Below are positions 9,077 through 20,456 of a stretch of DNA of 64,000 nucleotides, piece by piece (the stretch's first letter is position 1; each line of letters begins with the position of its first letter). The notes below the pieces were generated by a model that did no database searches, had not been told where the DNA came from, and saw only the letters and a program-made list of their open reading frames with translations. Origin of the DNA: Tubiluchus corallicola (Eukaryota > Animalia > Priapulida); assembly GCA_030141605.1 (NCBI GenBank), contig JAQGDQ010002385.1:186001-250000 (forward strand), in the 5' to 3' direction. Both the position numbers and the translations under genes were made by a program.

Positions 9077-10204
9077 TCAATTAGACACTATAGAAAGAGG
9101 CGTCTCTTTACTCTCTTCAGCTGTCTCACCACGCGTTTGAGAGTCTTCCGCCATACCGCTATTTTGAAAGCTCTCTATTTCTATAAGTGTTCTACCTTCC
9201 GGCGGAAAAAGTAAATTATTTTCTTTTTCTATACCATTAAAATAACGAAAAAACTCACTTTCCGGCGATAATACCATCTTTACTTTCTCAAAATTGTCAA
9301 AAGAAACCCGCCATGCCTGAAGAGTCCTGAAAAAATTATAAAATTCAGGCGCCTGCTTATAAGCGCTTGAAAAAATCATGTTTCTCTCCGCGTCTCCACG
9401 ACCACGCTCTATCTCTGATTCACGATTGGCGTCCGCTAAAATCACTGTTCGTTCACGATCTGCAGCAGCCTGAATTTTATTCGCCAGCTCAACACCCTCA
9501 GCACGTAACTGCTCAGCTTCAATTTTCCGCTCAGATGACATCCGCTGAAAAACAGAATCCTTCGTCGTATCCGGTAAATCTGTCCGTCCTATACGCACAT
9601 CAACAACCTTAATGCCAAACTCTTCTTCCTGAGACTGCATAAGCTCCGTTATACGATTCATAACACCCACACGCCCAACACTAACAACCGCATCGCTCTC
9701 TTTTGCTGTGTCAACATTAAGTTCAAGATCCTTTATAAATAACATATCTTCGTCATCATTGTTCATAATGGGCTCTTCCCTCGGCACGTCCGCCAAAATA
9801 TCAACAAGACTGACTTTCGCAATCTCAGCACGAACTGCCGAGTTTAAACGACCACCAAAAACCTGTATGAAACGACTCGATGTCACAGCTTTCTTACGAA
9901 ACTCCAAAGGATCAACAATTCGATATCGTAAAAACGCATCAACATTAATACGTTTCTGATCAATCAACAAAATTTCCTGCGCTGGAGGATCAACATTTTG
10001 AATCCGCGCATTGAAATATTCAACATTTTGAATAAACGGAATTTTTAAATAAAGACCTGGCTCCAAAAGAGCCTTCACAGGTCGACCGAATTGAAGAACA
10101 AGCGCAAACTGCGTCTGATGAACAGTATAAAGAGAACTACTCAGTAAAATTAAGACTATGCCCCCTAAAACAGCAAGCGCAGAAACAATATATTTTTGTG
10201 TCAT
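9077..10204 (-). CDS. hflC: FtsH protease modulator HflC
   Basis: N-terminal TM, SPFH domain, RMSSER..EAEQLRAEG, PEFYNFFRTL, VLSPESEFFRYF. Confidence 0.93.
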   Translation of the reverse strand: MTQKYIVSALAVLGGIVLILLSSSLYTVHQTQFALVLQFGRPVKALLEPGLYLKIPFIQNVEYFNARIQNVDPPAQEILLIDQKRINVDAFLRYRIVDPLEFRKKAVTSSRFIQVFGGRLNSAVRAEIAKVSLVDILADVPREEPIMNNDDEDMLFIKDLELNVDTAKESDAVVSVGRVGVMNRITELMQSQEEEFGIKVVDVRIGRTDLPDTTKDSVFQRMSSERKIEAEQLRAEGVELANKIQAAADRERTVILADANRESEIERGRGDAERNMIFSSAYKQAPEFYNFFRTLQAWRVSFDNFEKVKMVLSPESEFFRYFNGIEKENNLLFPPEGRTLIEIESFQNSGMAEDSQTRGETAEESKETPLSIVSN

Positions 10205-10263
10205 TTTTTAATTCCTAAACAGGATTCCATCCATTTTTCAAAAACTTATTTTCGCCCTAAAGA

Positions 10264-11376
10264 TTAATTTCCTTTTGGCGCCACCTGAGGACGAGCTCCT
10301 ATCTCCGATAAAGGTAAATAAGGAACAACACCATCATTCCCAGCAACAGCGGGATCAACAATCATCTTTTCCGTATTCTGTAAAATTGCCTGCATACTCT
10401 CAAGATATAAACGACGTACAGTAATCTCCGGCTCCTCACTCCAGCTTTTGGCTATCTGTAAAAAACGCTGCGACTCACCATGAGCCTCCGCAATAACCTG
10501 CGCCGCATAGGCATGCGCTTCCTCCAGAATTCTAGCCGCGCTTCCTTTTGCTTCCGTCACTTCCTTACGATAATAAGCCTCAGCATTATTCTGTTGATAC
10601 TCCTTATCCTGGCGCGCGCGCTGAACATCGTTAAACGCATCAATCACCTCTAAAGGAGGATCAACACGCTGCAACTTTAAGTCCGAAATATAAATACCCG
10701 CTCCATAACGATCCAAAATATCCTGAACCATCTCTTGGCTACGCTGCTCGATCAATTGGCGCTCGCTCGTTAACGCGTCCTCCAACATCGCTTGCCCAAT
10801 AACCTCACGCATAACACTCTCGGAAACTGCCTTCAGCGTCAGCTCAGGATTACTGATATTAAATAAAAAATCCGCAGCGTTCCCTATACGCCACTGAACA
10901 ATGAAATCAACATCAATAATATTCTGATCACTGGTCAACATTAAACTCTCTTCAGGAATATCACGGACACTCTTATTTAAACCAGATCCTATCGCATCAA
11001 CAAACCCTATATTCGTCTGATTCGTCTCTTCGACATTAGGCTTGTAAACCTGTCCAATCGGAGCCGGAAACCAATAATTCAAACCCGGCTTCGTAAATTT
11101 AATATAACGACCAAATAAAAGCTCAACACCCTGCTGTCCCGCCTGGACAGAATAAAAACCCGTCGCCAACCATAAAAAACCACCAATCGCCGCAAAGAGT
11201 CCTAAAAGCTTCCAGCCCTGAGACGGCACCATATTTTTAAACTTTTGCTGACTTTTCCGAATCAACGCGTCAATATCAGGAACATTACCATTATTTCCCC
11301 AAGGAGTTTGCCCGCCCCCTTTAGAATGATCACCCCAAGGGCCACCACTATTTGAATTATTTGAATCCCAAGACAT
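10264..11376 (-). CDS. hflK: FtsH protease modulator HflK
   Basis: MSW..GGPWG N-terminus, EESLMLTSDQNI, VIDAFNDVQRA, VVPYLPL. Confidence 0.95.
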   Translation of the reverse strand: MSWDSNNSNSGGPWGDHSKGGGQTPWGNNGNVPDIDALIRKSQQKFKNMVPSQGWKLLGLFAAIGGFLWLATGFYSVQAGQQGVELLFGRYIKFTKPGLNYWFPAPIGQVYKPNVEETNQTNIGFVDAIGSGLNKSVRDIPEESLMLTSDQNIIDVDFIVQWRIGNAADFLFNISNPELTLKAVSESVMREVIGQAMLEDALTSERQLIEQRSQEMVQDILDRYGAGIYISDLKLQRVDPPLEVIDAFNDVQRARQDKEYQQNNAEAYYRKEVTEAKGSAARILEEAHAYAAQVIAEAHGESQRFLQIAKSWSEEPEITVRRLYLESMQAILQNTEKMIVDPAVAGNDGVVPYLPLSEIGARPQVAPKGN

Positions 11377-11423
11377 TCTTTTTTCCTCTTCTTAAAAACA
11401 ACTCAGCTATTTTTTCGCAAGCA

Positions 11424-12227
11424 TCAATCATAATCTACAAAATTAGCAATACTATGCCCATGGTTCAAAGGACCAGCCCCTTCCCCATAACCAGGGGCAT
11501 GCTCAATCGCCATAGCAACCCATTGATGCGCCCTCTTCACAGCCCTGTAAACATCATACCCTTGCGCTAACCCTATAGCAATCGCAGATGATAATGTACA
11601 TCCCGTACCATGTGTATGGCGCGTTTCTAAACGTTTACCACGAAAACAACTCACACGACCATCCTTTTCGTACAACATATCACATACCGACTTTCCAGAA
11701 GCATGTCCTCCCTTGACTAAAACAGAAGCATTGCCCCAAGAAGAAACAATCCCCTCAAAATCTTCCGCTTTGCTATAGTCTACTCCCGCTAAAAGTCGAG
11801 CCTCGGGAATATTCGGCGTTATAATGGACGCTAATGGTAGCAATTTTTCCTTCAGAGTGCAAACAGCACTTTCCTTAAGTAAAGAATCTCCGCTCTTCGC
11901 ATACATAACAGGATCAACAACAACAGGTATATGATCCCCTATCTCTTTAAGAGAAGACGCCACAGCCTCAATCACTTCAGAACTATGCAACATCCCTATC
12001 TTAATCGCGTCAACACCAATATCATCCGATACAACACGAATTTGCTGAAGAATAAAATCAACCGGAATATCATAAATCGCAGAAACTGTTTTTGTATTCT
12101 GTGCCGTTAAAGCCGTTAAAGCCGTCATAGCATACCCACCCAATGCCGTAACCGTCTTAATATCAGCCTGAATACCAGCCCCTCCTCCAGAATCAGAAGC
12201 CGCTATAATTAAAACACGCCCTTTCAT
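11424..12227 (-). CDS. thiD: Hydroxymethylpyrimidine/phosphomethylpyrimidine kinase
   Basis: SDSGGGAGIQADIKT, DPVM, TPNIPEA, HTHGTGCT. Confidence 0.95.
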   Translation of the reverse strand: MKGRVLIIAASDSGGGAGIQADIKTVTALGGYAMTALTALTAQNTKTVSAIYDIPVDFILQQIRVVSDDIGVDAIKIGMLHSSEVIEAVASSLKEIGDHIPVVVDPVMYAKSGDSLLKESAVCTLKEKLLPLASIITPNIPEARLLAGVDYSKAEDFEGIVSSWGNASVLVKGGHASGKSVCDMLYEKDGRVSCFRGKRLETRHTHGTGCTLSSAIAIGLAQGYDVYRAVKRAHQWVAMAIEHAPGYGEGAGPLNHGHSIANFVDYD

Positions 12228-13570
12228 TCAGATACTCTCCTTATAACATCAGCAACACCATTTGCGAACGAATCAATAACGGCAAGATCTTCCCCTTCAA
12301 TCATGATGCGGACTTTCTGTTCTGTTCCCGATCTTCTGATAAGAATACGCCCTCGATCCCCTAAAGCCGCCTTCACTTCACCAACAGCCGAAAGAATAGA
12401 AGCATTATCTAAAGAAACATCCTCAGAAACAACAATATTTTTTAAAATTTGAGGCATCGGCTTGAAAACACGCAAAACCTCACTGGCAGGGCGTTTCTCC
12501 TCCATCAAAATAGACAAGACCTGCAAGGAAACCAGCAAGCCATCTCCCGTGGTGCTGTAATCTCCCATAATCAAATGACCAGACTGCTCTCCACCAAAAT
12601 TATAGTTTCCTGAGCGCATCTCTTGCACAACATAGCGATCCCCAACAGCAGAACGCTTTAAAGTCAGCCCTTGCTCCTGCAAATAAAAATCCAACGCTAT
12701 ATTAGACATGACCGTCGCGACAATACCAGCATTCCTCAACTGCCCTCTCTTGTGAAGATGAGACGCGATAACACCCATAAGCATATCACCATCTATAATC
12801 TCTCCATTCTCATCCGCAACCAAAACACGATCCGCATCTCCATCAAGAGCGATCCCGATATCAGCTCCTTCCTCAACAACGCGGCGACACATCCCCTCTA
12901 CCATCGTAGAGCCACAATCAGCGTTAATATTCATGCCATCCGGAGCAACACCTATGGAAATAACTCCCGCGCCCAGCTCGAATAAAACTGTTGGAGCAAC
13001 CTTATAAGCAGCCCCATTCGCGCAATCAACAACAACCCGTAAGCCATCAAGACGTAAAGCCCCTGGCAATGCCCTCTTGACATACTCAATATAACGACCA
13101 CCCGCGTCCTCAAGACGTTGCGCGCGTCCCAAATCAGGCGCGCTTGCCAAATAGGGCGATAAATCGCTCTCCATCAATGCTTCCAATTCCCTCTCGGCCT
13201 CCTCAGACAACTTCTGGCCATTGGAATCAAACAACTTAATGCCATTGTCCCTATACGGATTATGAGACGCCGAAATCATTACCCCTATATCAGCTCGAAA
13301 AGAACGTGTCAACAAGGCGACAGCAGGTGTCGGCATCGGACCTACCATGATCACATCCATCCCCATCGCGCAAAAACCAGATGTCAACGCAGGCTCCAAC
13401 ATATAACCAGAAAGGCGCGTATCCTTACCAATTATAACACGCTGCCGATGCGTCGTTTTCTGAAAATATCGTCCCACTGCCATACCAACGCGCAGAACCT
13501 TCTCAACCGTCATCACGCCTTGATTGGCCTGACCTCGTATACCATCCGTGCCAAACAGTCTAGGACTCAT
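12224..13570 (-). CDS. glmM: Phosphoglucosamine mutase
   Basis: FGTDGIRG, ISASHNP, DGDADR, GGEQSGH, RSGTE. Confidence 0.97.
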   Translation of the reverse strand: MSPRLFGTDGIRGQANQGVMTVEKVLRVGMAVGRYFQKTTHRQRVIIGKDTRLSGYMLEPALTSGFCAMGMDVIMVGPMPTPAVALLTRSFRADIGVMISASHNPYRDNGIKLFDSNGQKLSEEAERELEALMESDLSPYLASAPDLGRAQRLEDAGGRYIEYVKRALPGALRLDGLRVVVDCANGAAYKVAPTVLFELGAGVISIGVAPDGMNINADCGSTMVEGMCRRVVEEGADIGIALDGDADRVLVADENGEIIDGDMLMGVIASHLHKRGQLRNAGIVATVMSNIALDFYLQEQGLTLKRSAVGDRYVVQEMRSGNYNFGGEQSGHLIMGDYSTTGDGLLVSLQVLSILMEEKRPASEVLRVFKPMPQILKNIVVSEDVSLDNASILSAVGEVKAALGDRGRILIRRSGTEQKVRIMIEGEDLAVIDSFANGVADVIRRVSE

Positions 13571-13614
13571 TCAATCAACCCTTCCGATACCACTACTCCT
13601 TCAATATCCATCTG

Positions 13615-15675
13615 CTAGTCATCCTGGTTTTTTCTTGGTTTCGATTCAGAATGATCCCGCTCCTTATCCTCTAAAGCAGAACCGCCCCAAACACTTTTTG
13701 ATTCCTTATCCTCAGAAACAGACACAGATACACTCTCTTCTTTTTCCACATTCTCTGTAGAAGAAGAGGAATCCAAAGGCGCTGCCGGCACCTTGGCGTT
13801 CTTACGAATAGTCCCTCCCTGAAGTAAGATGCTTACCTCCTCTCCGGACAAGGTTTCATACTCCAAAAGAGCCTTTGTGATAACTTCAAGTTGATCTTTC
13901 TTATCATTTAAAATACGACGAGCCGTATCCTCTGCCTCATCAATAATGATACGAATTTCCTGATCGATTTGCTCAGCTGTCGCCTCGGAAACATTCTTGC
14001 GCTGAGTAACAGAATGGCCTAAAAACACCTCCTGCTCATTCTCTGCATAGCGTAACGGTCCGAGTTTCTTGCTGAAACCAAACATCGTAACCATACGGCG
14101 CGCAATTGAAGTTGCTTTCTCTATATCATTGCTCGCCCCTGTCGTGATATTCTCTTCGCCATAAATAATCTCCTCAGCAACACGTCCTCCAAACATAACA
14201 GCGAGTATAGACGTCAGATGAATCCGCGAATAGGTCAGCTGATCCCTCTCAGGTAAAGCCATCGTAACACCAAGAGCGCGACCTCTTGGGATAATCGTCA
14301 CTTTATGAAGCTTATCATACTCAGGAACATTTAAACCAACAAGAGCATGGCCCGCCTCATGCCAAGCCGTCAGCTCTTTCTCCTTTTCCGTCATTACCAT
14401 AGAACGGCGCTCCGTCCCCATCAATATCTTATCCTTAGCTGCTTCCAAATCCTCCATTTCTACGGACACCTTGTTATGGCAAGCCGCTATCAAAGCGGCC
14501 TCATTAACAAGATTCGCTAAATCCGCGCCAGAAAAACCAGGCGTTCCGCGCGCAATAACATGCGCGTCAACATTTTTCGCTAAAGGAATCTTACGCATAT
14601 GAACAAGAAGAATCTTCTCTCGCCCTAAAATATCCGGATTAGGAACTGTAACCTGTCGATCAAAACGACCAGGACGTAATAAAGCCGGATCCAAAACATC
14701 CGGGCGATTCGTCGCTGAGATTAAAATAACACCTTCCGCCGTGTCAAAACCATCCATCTCCACCAACAACTGATTTAATGTCTGTTCACGCTCATCATTT
14801 CCACCGCCAAGCCCAGCACCACGATGGCGGCCCACAGCGTCAATCTCATCAATAAAAATAATACACGGCGCATGCTTGCGACCCTGCTCAAACATATCAC
14901 GAACCCGCGAAGCACCAACACCAACAAACATTTCCATAAAATCAGAACCGGAAATACTAAAAAAAGGAACATTCGCCTCTCCAGCAATCGCCCTTGCCAA
15001 AAGCGTCTTCCCTGTACCGGGAGGACCCAACAATAAGCATCCTTTGGGAATCTTCCCCCCTAAACGTTGGTATTTGCTCGGATCCTTCAAAAACTCGACA
15101 ATTTCCTCAAGCTCTGCACGCGCTTCATCAATACCGGCGACATCATCAAAGGTTACACGCCCCAATTGCTCTGTCATTAAGCGAGCGCGTGACTTTCCAA
15201 AACCCATAACCTTACCGCCACCGCCTTGAACCTGACGCATAAAATAAATCCAAACACCAATCAAAAGCAAAAAAGGAAACCAAGACAGCAATAAACCGCC
15301 AAGAGTGACGCCGCCTTCCGTTGCCGCAACAACCGTCACATCAACACCATCATCCGCCAGCTGTTGAAGCAAAGCCGGATCATTTGGCATATAACTGTTA
15401 AAAGCAACACTCCCTCTTGAAGAGGATTGGGCTTCAGTCGGCATATACGTGTTAAAAGCAACACTCCCTTCAAGCAAACCAAAAATTTGATATCCCTTAT
15501 CACTCACCTCAATTGTCACTTGCTTAACGCGACCATTCCTCACTTCAGTAAGAAACTCCGAGTAGGTTAATGTTTGCCCTTTCTGATAACCAGATGGCTG
15601 CTGAAACATATTAAAAACCATCAACAGCACAAGAAAAGATAAAGCCCAAAACAGAAAATTTTTCCTTAGATTCAC
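13615..15675 (-). CDS. ftsH: ATP-dependent zinc metalloprotease FtsH
   Basis: Two TM segments, [25 protein letters not shown]. Confidence 0.98.
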   Translation of the reverse strand: MNLRKNFLFWALSFLVLLMVFNMFQQPSGYQKGQTLTYSEFLTEVRNGRVKQVTIEVSDKGYQIFGLLEGSVAFNTYMPTEAQSSSRGSVAFNSYMPNDPALLQQLADDGVDVTVVAATEGGVTLGGLLLSWFPFLLLIGVWIYFMRQVQGGGGKVMGFGKSRARLMTEQLGRVTFDDVAGIDEARAELEEIVEFLKDPSKYQRLGGKIPKGCLLLGPPGTGKTLLARAIAGEANVPFFSISGSDFMEMFVGVGASRVRDMFEQGRKHAPCIIFIDEIDAVGRHRGAGLGGGNDEREQTLNQLLVEMDGFDTAEGVILISATNRPDVLDPALLRPGRFDRQVTVPNPDILGREKILLVHMRKIPLAKNVDAHVIARGTPGFSGADLANLVNEAALIAACHNKVSVEMEDLEAAKDKILMGTERRSMVMTEKEKELTAWHEAGHALVGLNVPEYDKLHKVTIIPRGRALGVTMALPERDQLTYSRIHLTSILAVMFGGRVAEEIIYGEENITTGASNDIEKATSIARRMVTMFGFSKKLGPLRYAENEQEVFLGHSVTQRKNVSEATAEQIDQEIRIIIDEAEDTARRILNDKKDQLEVITKALLEYETLSGEEVSILLQGGTIRKNAKVPAAPLDSSSSTENVEKEESVSVSVSEDKESKSVWGGSALEDKERDHSESKPRKNQDD
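15386..15469. repeat. Direct repeat inside ftsH (two 30-bp copies, 28/30 identical, 54-bp period)
   Basis: GGCATATAACTGTTAAAAGCAACACTCCCT (15386) vs GGCATATACGTGTTAAAAGCAACACTCCCT (15440); protein GSVAFN(T/S)YMP occurs twice. Confidence 0.9.
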
Positions 15676-15811
15676 ACCAGTACCTCTTTTTTCAATTTAC
15701 GCTTTTATATCGCGAAACGTGTCTTGCACACCCACGTTATACACTCTGTTTAACCATTATTATTAAACGTAACCAACAATATTTTCCAGTATCTTAATTT
15801 CCACCCAAAAA

Positions 15812-17233
15812 TCAACAAGAAAAAGACATATTAGAAGATAAACGAACATTCAAAGTAAAAGAGACCTCTGTATAAAAATCAATGTTCTTTAAATCTTCTG
15901 ACGAATTTATACCTGCCAATAAAACATACCAGCTTTTTCCCCCTTGTACAAGAGCAGGAAAAGACAAAAACTGCTCCCAGGGAATCGCGTAATGTAAAAG
16001 CTGCCGGCGAAGAGAAGGAACGCACTCATAAAGCTGCCTCATATCAATATCCAAAACACTCCCTAAATAAAAATTTTCCTGCTCAAGCTGTTTTCTCTTC
16101 TCCGAATCAAAACGAATAGTTATCCTACGATCCCATAAAATTGTTTCCGGTTGCCCCGCGAGCAAAAGAGGCGCTGGTAAATGACGAGCTTCTCTCATAA
16201 ACACAATAGATTCTTTTTTATCGCATAAACGTATTAGGCAATGCCCTAATGTTATTCTCATTCCTTCTTTTGCTTTCTCCAACGCAAGGCATACTCGCTC
16301 CGCTTTTCGAAAAGAGACAGCATATTCCCGTCCACCACAGCAGCGAATCATACGCCGGCATAATTGAATGCGCAAAGCGATCGGAAAACCAGACCATACC
16401 TGATAACTCACAATAATATGCCCAAAAGGGGAAACAAAGCCACACGCCAAAAACATATCAAGCAATCCTTTCTCCTGCTCTTGGCGCAAAAACGCGAAAT
16501 GGCGGGAAATTGAAACAATACGAGAAGGAGGATAAGAAAGAGACGCCATAAAAGAAAGAGCCTTGCGCAAGCGAATACGCGCAAATTTCTCATTGCTGTT
16601 TGAAGAATCCTCAATCCAGGGAATACCATAAGACTTTAATGTCTCCCGTAAACGGCAACGGCTTACCGATAAAAGAGGTCGAAAAACCCTTACATGATCA
16701 TAATAAACAATCGAAGGCATAGCCGATAAACCAGCAATAGCGCTGCCACCATAAAGCCTTAATAAAAACGTTTCCGCTTGATCCTCTAAATGGTGCGCTG
16801 TTAAAAGATGAAGAATATTCCGCTCAGCGCACCAATTCATCAAAAGAGAATAACGCTTCTTCCTCGCAGATTCCTGAAGAGCCGAAACAGGCTTAGCACC
16901 CTCCCACGGTAAAATATGATGCTCTAAACCAAATTGCCGACACAAATCCCCAACCTGCAAAGATTCAGCGTAAGATTCCTCCCGTAAACCATGATCAATC
17001 GTTAAAGCAACAACTCTACCAGCACGATCCAACGCCCAGCAGGCCGCTAAAAAAAGAAGACATAAACTATCCGCTCCCCCAGAAACAGCAACAGCAATTA
17101 CCGGAGAGTCCTCAAAAGGCATAAAGCCTTCCATATAAGTAGAAAACTCTTCTCGACTAATAACACGATTATCCTTCTTATCACCTTCGTCATAAGAAAG
17201 ACAGTGATTCATAAAAGGAATCGTTTTCTTCAT
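15812..17233 (-). CDS. tilS: tRNA(Ile)-lysidine synthetase
   Basis: VAVSGGADS, DHGLR, TAHHLEDQAET, RPLL, WIEDSSN. Exact start uncertain. Confidence 0.95.
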   Translation of the reverse strand: MKKTIPFMNHCLSYDEGDKKDNRVISREEFSTYMEGFMPFEDSPVIAVAVSGGADSLCLLFLAACWALDRAGRVVALTIDHGLREESYAESLQVGDLCRQFGLEHHILPWEGAKPVSALQESARKKRYSLLMNWCAERNILHLLTAHHLEDQAETFLLRLYGGSAIAGLSAMPSIVYYDHVRVFRPLLSVSRCRLRETLKSYGIPWIEDSSNSNEKFARIRLRKALSFMASLSYPPSRIVSISRHFAFLRQEQEKGLLDMFLACGFVSPFGHIIVSYQVWSGFPIALRIQLCRRMIRCCGGREYAVSFRKAERVCLALEKAKEGMRITLGHCLIRLCDKKESIVFMREARHLPAPLLLAGQPETILWDRRITIRFDSEKRKQLEQENFYLGSVLDIDMRQLYECVPSLRRQLLHYAIPWEQFLSFPALVQGGKSWYVLLAGINSSEDLKNIDFYTEVSFTLNVRLSSNMSFSC

Positions 17234-17297
17234 CTATATATCAATTAATACCCATAATCTACGGGAAAATAGCTTTCGCTATCAAGAAGCGCACGCC

Positions 17298-17801
17298 TTA
17301 TTGCAAAATAAGAACAGCTCTACGATTTTGTTTCCATGCGCTCTCTGTAGAGCCAATCACTGCCGGATGCTCCTTTCCATAGGAAATAACATCAATTCGA
17401 TCAGGAGAGATACCATTTGTAATTAAAACCGCCGCCGCGGCATTGGCGCGAAGAGCCCCTAAAGCCAAGTTATACTCTCTCGTGCCACGCTCGTCTGCAT
17501 GGCCTTCAATAAGGACAGTGTAATTAGAGTAACGCTTAAGCCATTCAGCCTGCCTTCTTAAAAGCTCTTGCCCCTGCGCGTTCACCGTATGGCTGTCAAA
17601 ACTAAAAAAGACTCTGTCTCCGAGCACATTGTTGAATTCCTCAAGGCTTCCCGCCGTATAAACAGGAACTTTCCCATCCTGCCCACTACCGTACGAACTA
17701 CCTGACGATGAAGAGCCGCCGCCCTTCCCTCCGATACTTTCACACGCTGCAAAGACAGTAACAAAACATAACGATATAAAAATTTTAAATATTTTATCCA
17801 T
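17298..17801 (-). CDS. pal: Peptidoglycan-associated lipoprotein
   Basis: Lipobox FAAC; EGHADERGTREYNLALG; SYGKE; NRRA. Confidence 0.97.
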   Translation of the reverse strand: MDKIFKIFISLCFVTVFAACESIGGKGGGSSSSGSSYGSGQDGKVPVYTAGSLEEFNNVLGDRVFFSFDSHTVNAQGQELLRRQAEWLKRYSNYTVLIEGHADERGTREYNLALGALRANAAAAVLITNGISPDRIDVISYGKEHPAVIGSTESAWKQNRRAVLILQ

Positions 17802-17899
17802 TTTTCCCTCTTTAAGAAATCATATATGGTTTTAACGCATACAATAAGCCATCTAGAATTAATCTATACATCATACAATTATATAAATCTACTAAAGAT

Positions 17900-19288
17900 T
17901 TAACGCGTTGTTAACACAGGAGACCAGGACGGATCCGTTGCCTCATGGGGTGTCGGAACAATACGTTCCCGATAACGCCCAGTAATATCAACACTATAAA
18001 GATGCGCCTTTCCAGGCTGCCTTTCACTCACAGACGCTGTTTTACGCCAGAACATCAAAACACGACCATTAGGAGACCAGGTCGGGCGTTCCACAAGAAA
18101 ACCACGCGCCAACATCCGCTCGTTACTTCCATCTATATTCATAACCCCTATATAAAACACACCCGACATGATACGCGTAAAAGCAATTAAATCACCACGA
18201 GGCGACCAGGATGGCGTTGCATAGCGCCCTCCTCTTTTAGAAGTAATTCGATTGATCTCGTTCGTCTCAAGATCAATAACATAAAGCTGTTGCGATCCAT
18301 CCCGATCCGAATTAAAAACAAGCTTCTTCCCATCCGGTGAAAAAGAAGGCGACGTATCAATACTGCTACTTGACGTAATGCGATAAAGCTGCCGATTCGT
18401 AAGATCCATAATAAAAATATCCGTAACACCATCTTTTTCAAAACTCATCGCTATATATCTTCCATCCGGAGAGAAATCCGGCGCAAACGTCATTCCCGGA
18501 AAACTTCCCAAAGGTGTATTGATCGAATTTACCAAATCATACAGATAAACCTGTGGAATACCACCACTATAAGACATATACGCTATCTTCTTACCATCCG
18601 GTGAAAATCGAGGTGATAAAGCAATGCTCTTTTCATTCGTTAAAAAATAATGATTCGCACCATCATAATCCATAATAGCAAGACGCTGAATACGCTCACT
18701 CTTCTGACCATATTCAGAAATATACGTTACCCTAGAATTAAAATAAGGCGCTTCGCCCGTCAGATAGCTATAGGCCTCATCCGCCAATATATGCGCAACC
18801 TGGCGCCAGCCCGTCTCCCCAGAGGCGCTTACACGACCACTTGAAAGCTCTGTCTCACCAATTACATCCCAAAGGCGATATAACGCCATAATCTTTCCTT
18901 GAGCATCTCCCTCAATGTGAACACGCAAAAGACCGCGCGCATTCAAAAGGCGCCAGTCCCGAAAAGTCGGCACTTCATCAATATGACCACGATCTATATA
19001 AGACGCCTCATTAATAATATAAAAAGCTCCCGAACCAACAAGATCGTCATGAATAACTGATTTTATAGACCCTGATATCGCCTCTAAATTACCTGAATAG
19101 GTAAATGGTTGAATCGCAATAGGCAAAGGCTTAAAAACACCTCCTGTAATAGCGACATCCCACTCCTGCTGCTTTCCATAAGCAAACGAAGATACCGTAA
19201 AACAAAATAAAACCAACACAATATAGCGAATAAAATGACCTGTAAAAAAAGAACGATCAGACATCCATTCCATCTCCTGAATTCTCAT
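17900..19288 (-). CDS. tolB: Tol-Pal beta-propeller protein TolB
   Basis: AIMDYDGAN and repeated P.FSPDG propeller motifs; operon context. Confidence 0.96.
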   Translation of the reverse strand: MRIQEMEWMSDRSFFTGHFIRYIVLVLFCFTVSSFAYGKQQEWDVAITGGVFKPLPIAIQPFTYSGNLEAISGSIKSVIHDDLVGSGAFYIINEASYIDRGHIDEVPTFRDWRLLNARGLLRVHIEGDAQGKIMALYRLWDVIGETELSSGRVSASGETGWRQVAHILADEAYSYLTGEAPYFNSRVTYISEYGQKSERIQRLAIMDYDGANHYFLTNEKSIALSPRFSPDGKKIAYMSYSGGIPQVYLYDLVNSINTPLGSFPGMTFAPDFSPDGRYIAMSFEKDGVTDIFIMDLTNRQLYRITSSSSIDTSPSFSPDGKKLVFNSDRDGSQQLYVIDLETNEINRITSKRGGRYATPSWSPRGDLIAFTRIMSGVFYIGVMNIDGSNERMLARGFLVERPTWSPNGRVLMFWRKTASVSERQPGKAHLYSVDITGRYRERIVPTPHEATDPSWSPVLTTR

Positions 19289-19332
19289 CTGCTAACATAA
19301 CTCTGCACACTGTTAGCACTATTTCTCAACAA

Positions 19333-20370
19333 TTAAAAAAGACCATTTTCAGAATCCTGTTCTCCCGTGGAAAAAGGAGAATAAGATCGAAACGGCTTAA
19401 AGTAAAGATTAAAAATTCCCTCCCGCATTATAGAAGGAATCGGCAACGGTTGGCAATCAGGATCTAAAACCGCCTGCTGCGCCGCCAGCGCCGCAGACCG
19501 AAAAACAGAATCTTCACTCATCCTGCTCTGATCAACAACCTCAACATGCCGAACCGTCGCGTCAGGATAAAGGCTGATCTGCAAATGAATCACAATTCTA
19601 TCCACATCAATGGCGCCAGGATTCCGAAAATAACACCGACTCACAGCAGCGTCAATGGCCTGCATAACATTCATAACATATTCCTGATCTAACTGAAAAT
19701 CCCGCGCAATTGCTCCTTCTTGAGAACCACTCACACCCTCTTCCTGCGCTTCGCTCATACTCCCTTCTAAACTATCAATAAAATCATCCAACATATTAAC
19801 AGCACGCTCCCCTTCCGGCAAACTGTCATCTGTAACCTGCTGGTTAGACGAGCCATCCAGCGCCAATAAAGCTGTCGTCGTATCAGGTCTGCTAACGGGA
19901 GAAACCTCTGAATCCAAAGCCGTCGCTGCCAACGCAGGGGGCGGCTCTCGCTTAGGCTTTGGGGCAGGTGTCGGAATTGACCTTGGCTCGGGAGTTGGCT
20001 CAGGCTCGGGAACTGGTTCAGGCTCGGGAGTTGGCTCAGGTTCAGGCTCAGGAACTGGCTCAGGCTCAGGAACTGGTTCAGGCTCGGGAGTTGGCTCAGG
20101 CTCGGGAGCTGGTGGCTTGGGCTCCGGAGAAGGCATAGGAGCAAGCGATTGCTGACGTTCTTCCTCTGGCGCAGAATGCTGAGAGAGTTCCTCCTCTGGT
20201 GAGGATGTAATAGGGGGAAGATTAGTGAAATCGTCAACTGGAAACAACCCTACCGGTATAACATGCGGTACTATATCAAATTCAGGCGCCATTAAACGAA
20301 AAGAGCCATAAAGTATAAAAAGCACGACAAAAACATGCATCGCTACCGAAAATAATAAAGACCACTTCAT
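19333..20370 (-). CDS. tolA: TolA-like energy transducer (TM helix with SxxxH, proline-rich linker, TonB-C-like domain)
   Basis: SVAMH in the TM helix; PEPEP repeats; lies between tolR and tolB. Confidence 0.8.
   Translation of the reverse strand: MKWSLLFSVAMHVFVVLFILYGSFRLMAPEFDIVPHVIPVGLFPVDDFTNLPPITSSPEEELSQHSAPEEERQQSLAPMPSPEPKPPAPEPEPTPEPEPVPEPEPVPEPEPEPTPEPEPVPEPEPTPEPRSIPTPAPKPKREPPPALAATALDSEVSPVSRPDTTTALLALDGSSNQQVTDDSLPEGERAVNMLDDFIDSLEGSMSEAQEEGVSGSQEGAIARDFQLDQEYVMNVMQAIDAAVSRCYFRNPGAIDVDRIVIHLQISLYPDATVRHVEVVDQSRMSEDSVFRSAALAAQQAVLDPDCQPLPIPSIMREGIFNLYFKPFRSYSPFSTGEQDSENGLF
19984..20127. repeat. Imperfect ~18-bp tandem repeat encoding the PEPEP(T/V) linker of TolA
   Basis: Repeated ggctc(g/a)gga(g/a)(t/c)tgg(c/t)tca units. 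Confidence 0.85.
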
Positions 20371-20456
20371 AAACGATCCTCATGGAAAAATAAATCGTTG
20401 CTGAAAAAAGAAACTCATTAACAATGCCCTCAGATAATAAACACCACTCTCACAAC

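Noticed and set aside
19984-20127. Tandem repeats as a possible CRISPR array
   Set aside because: No unique spacers, and the repeats encode the proline-rich TolA linker in frame.
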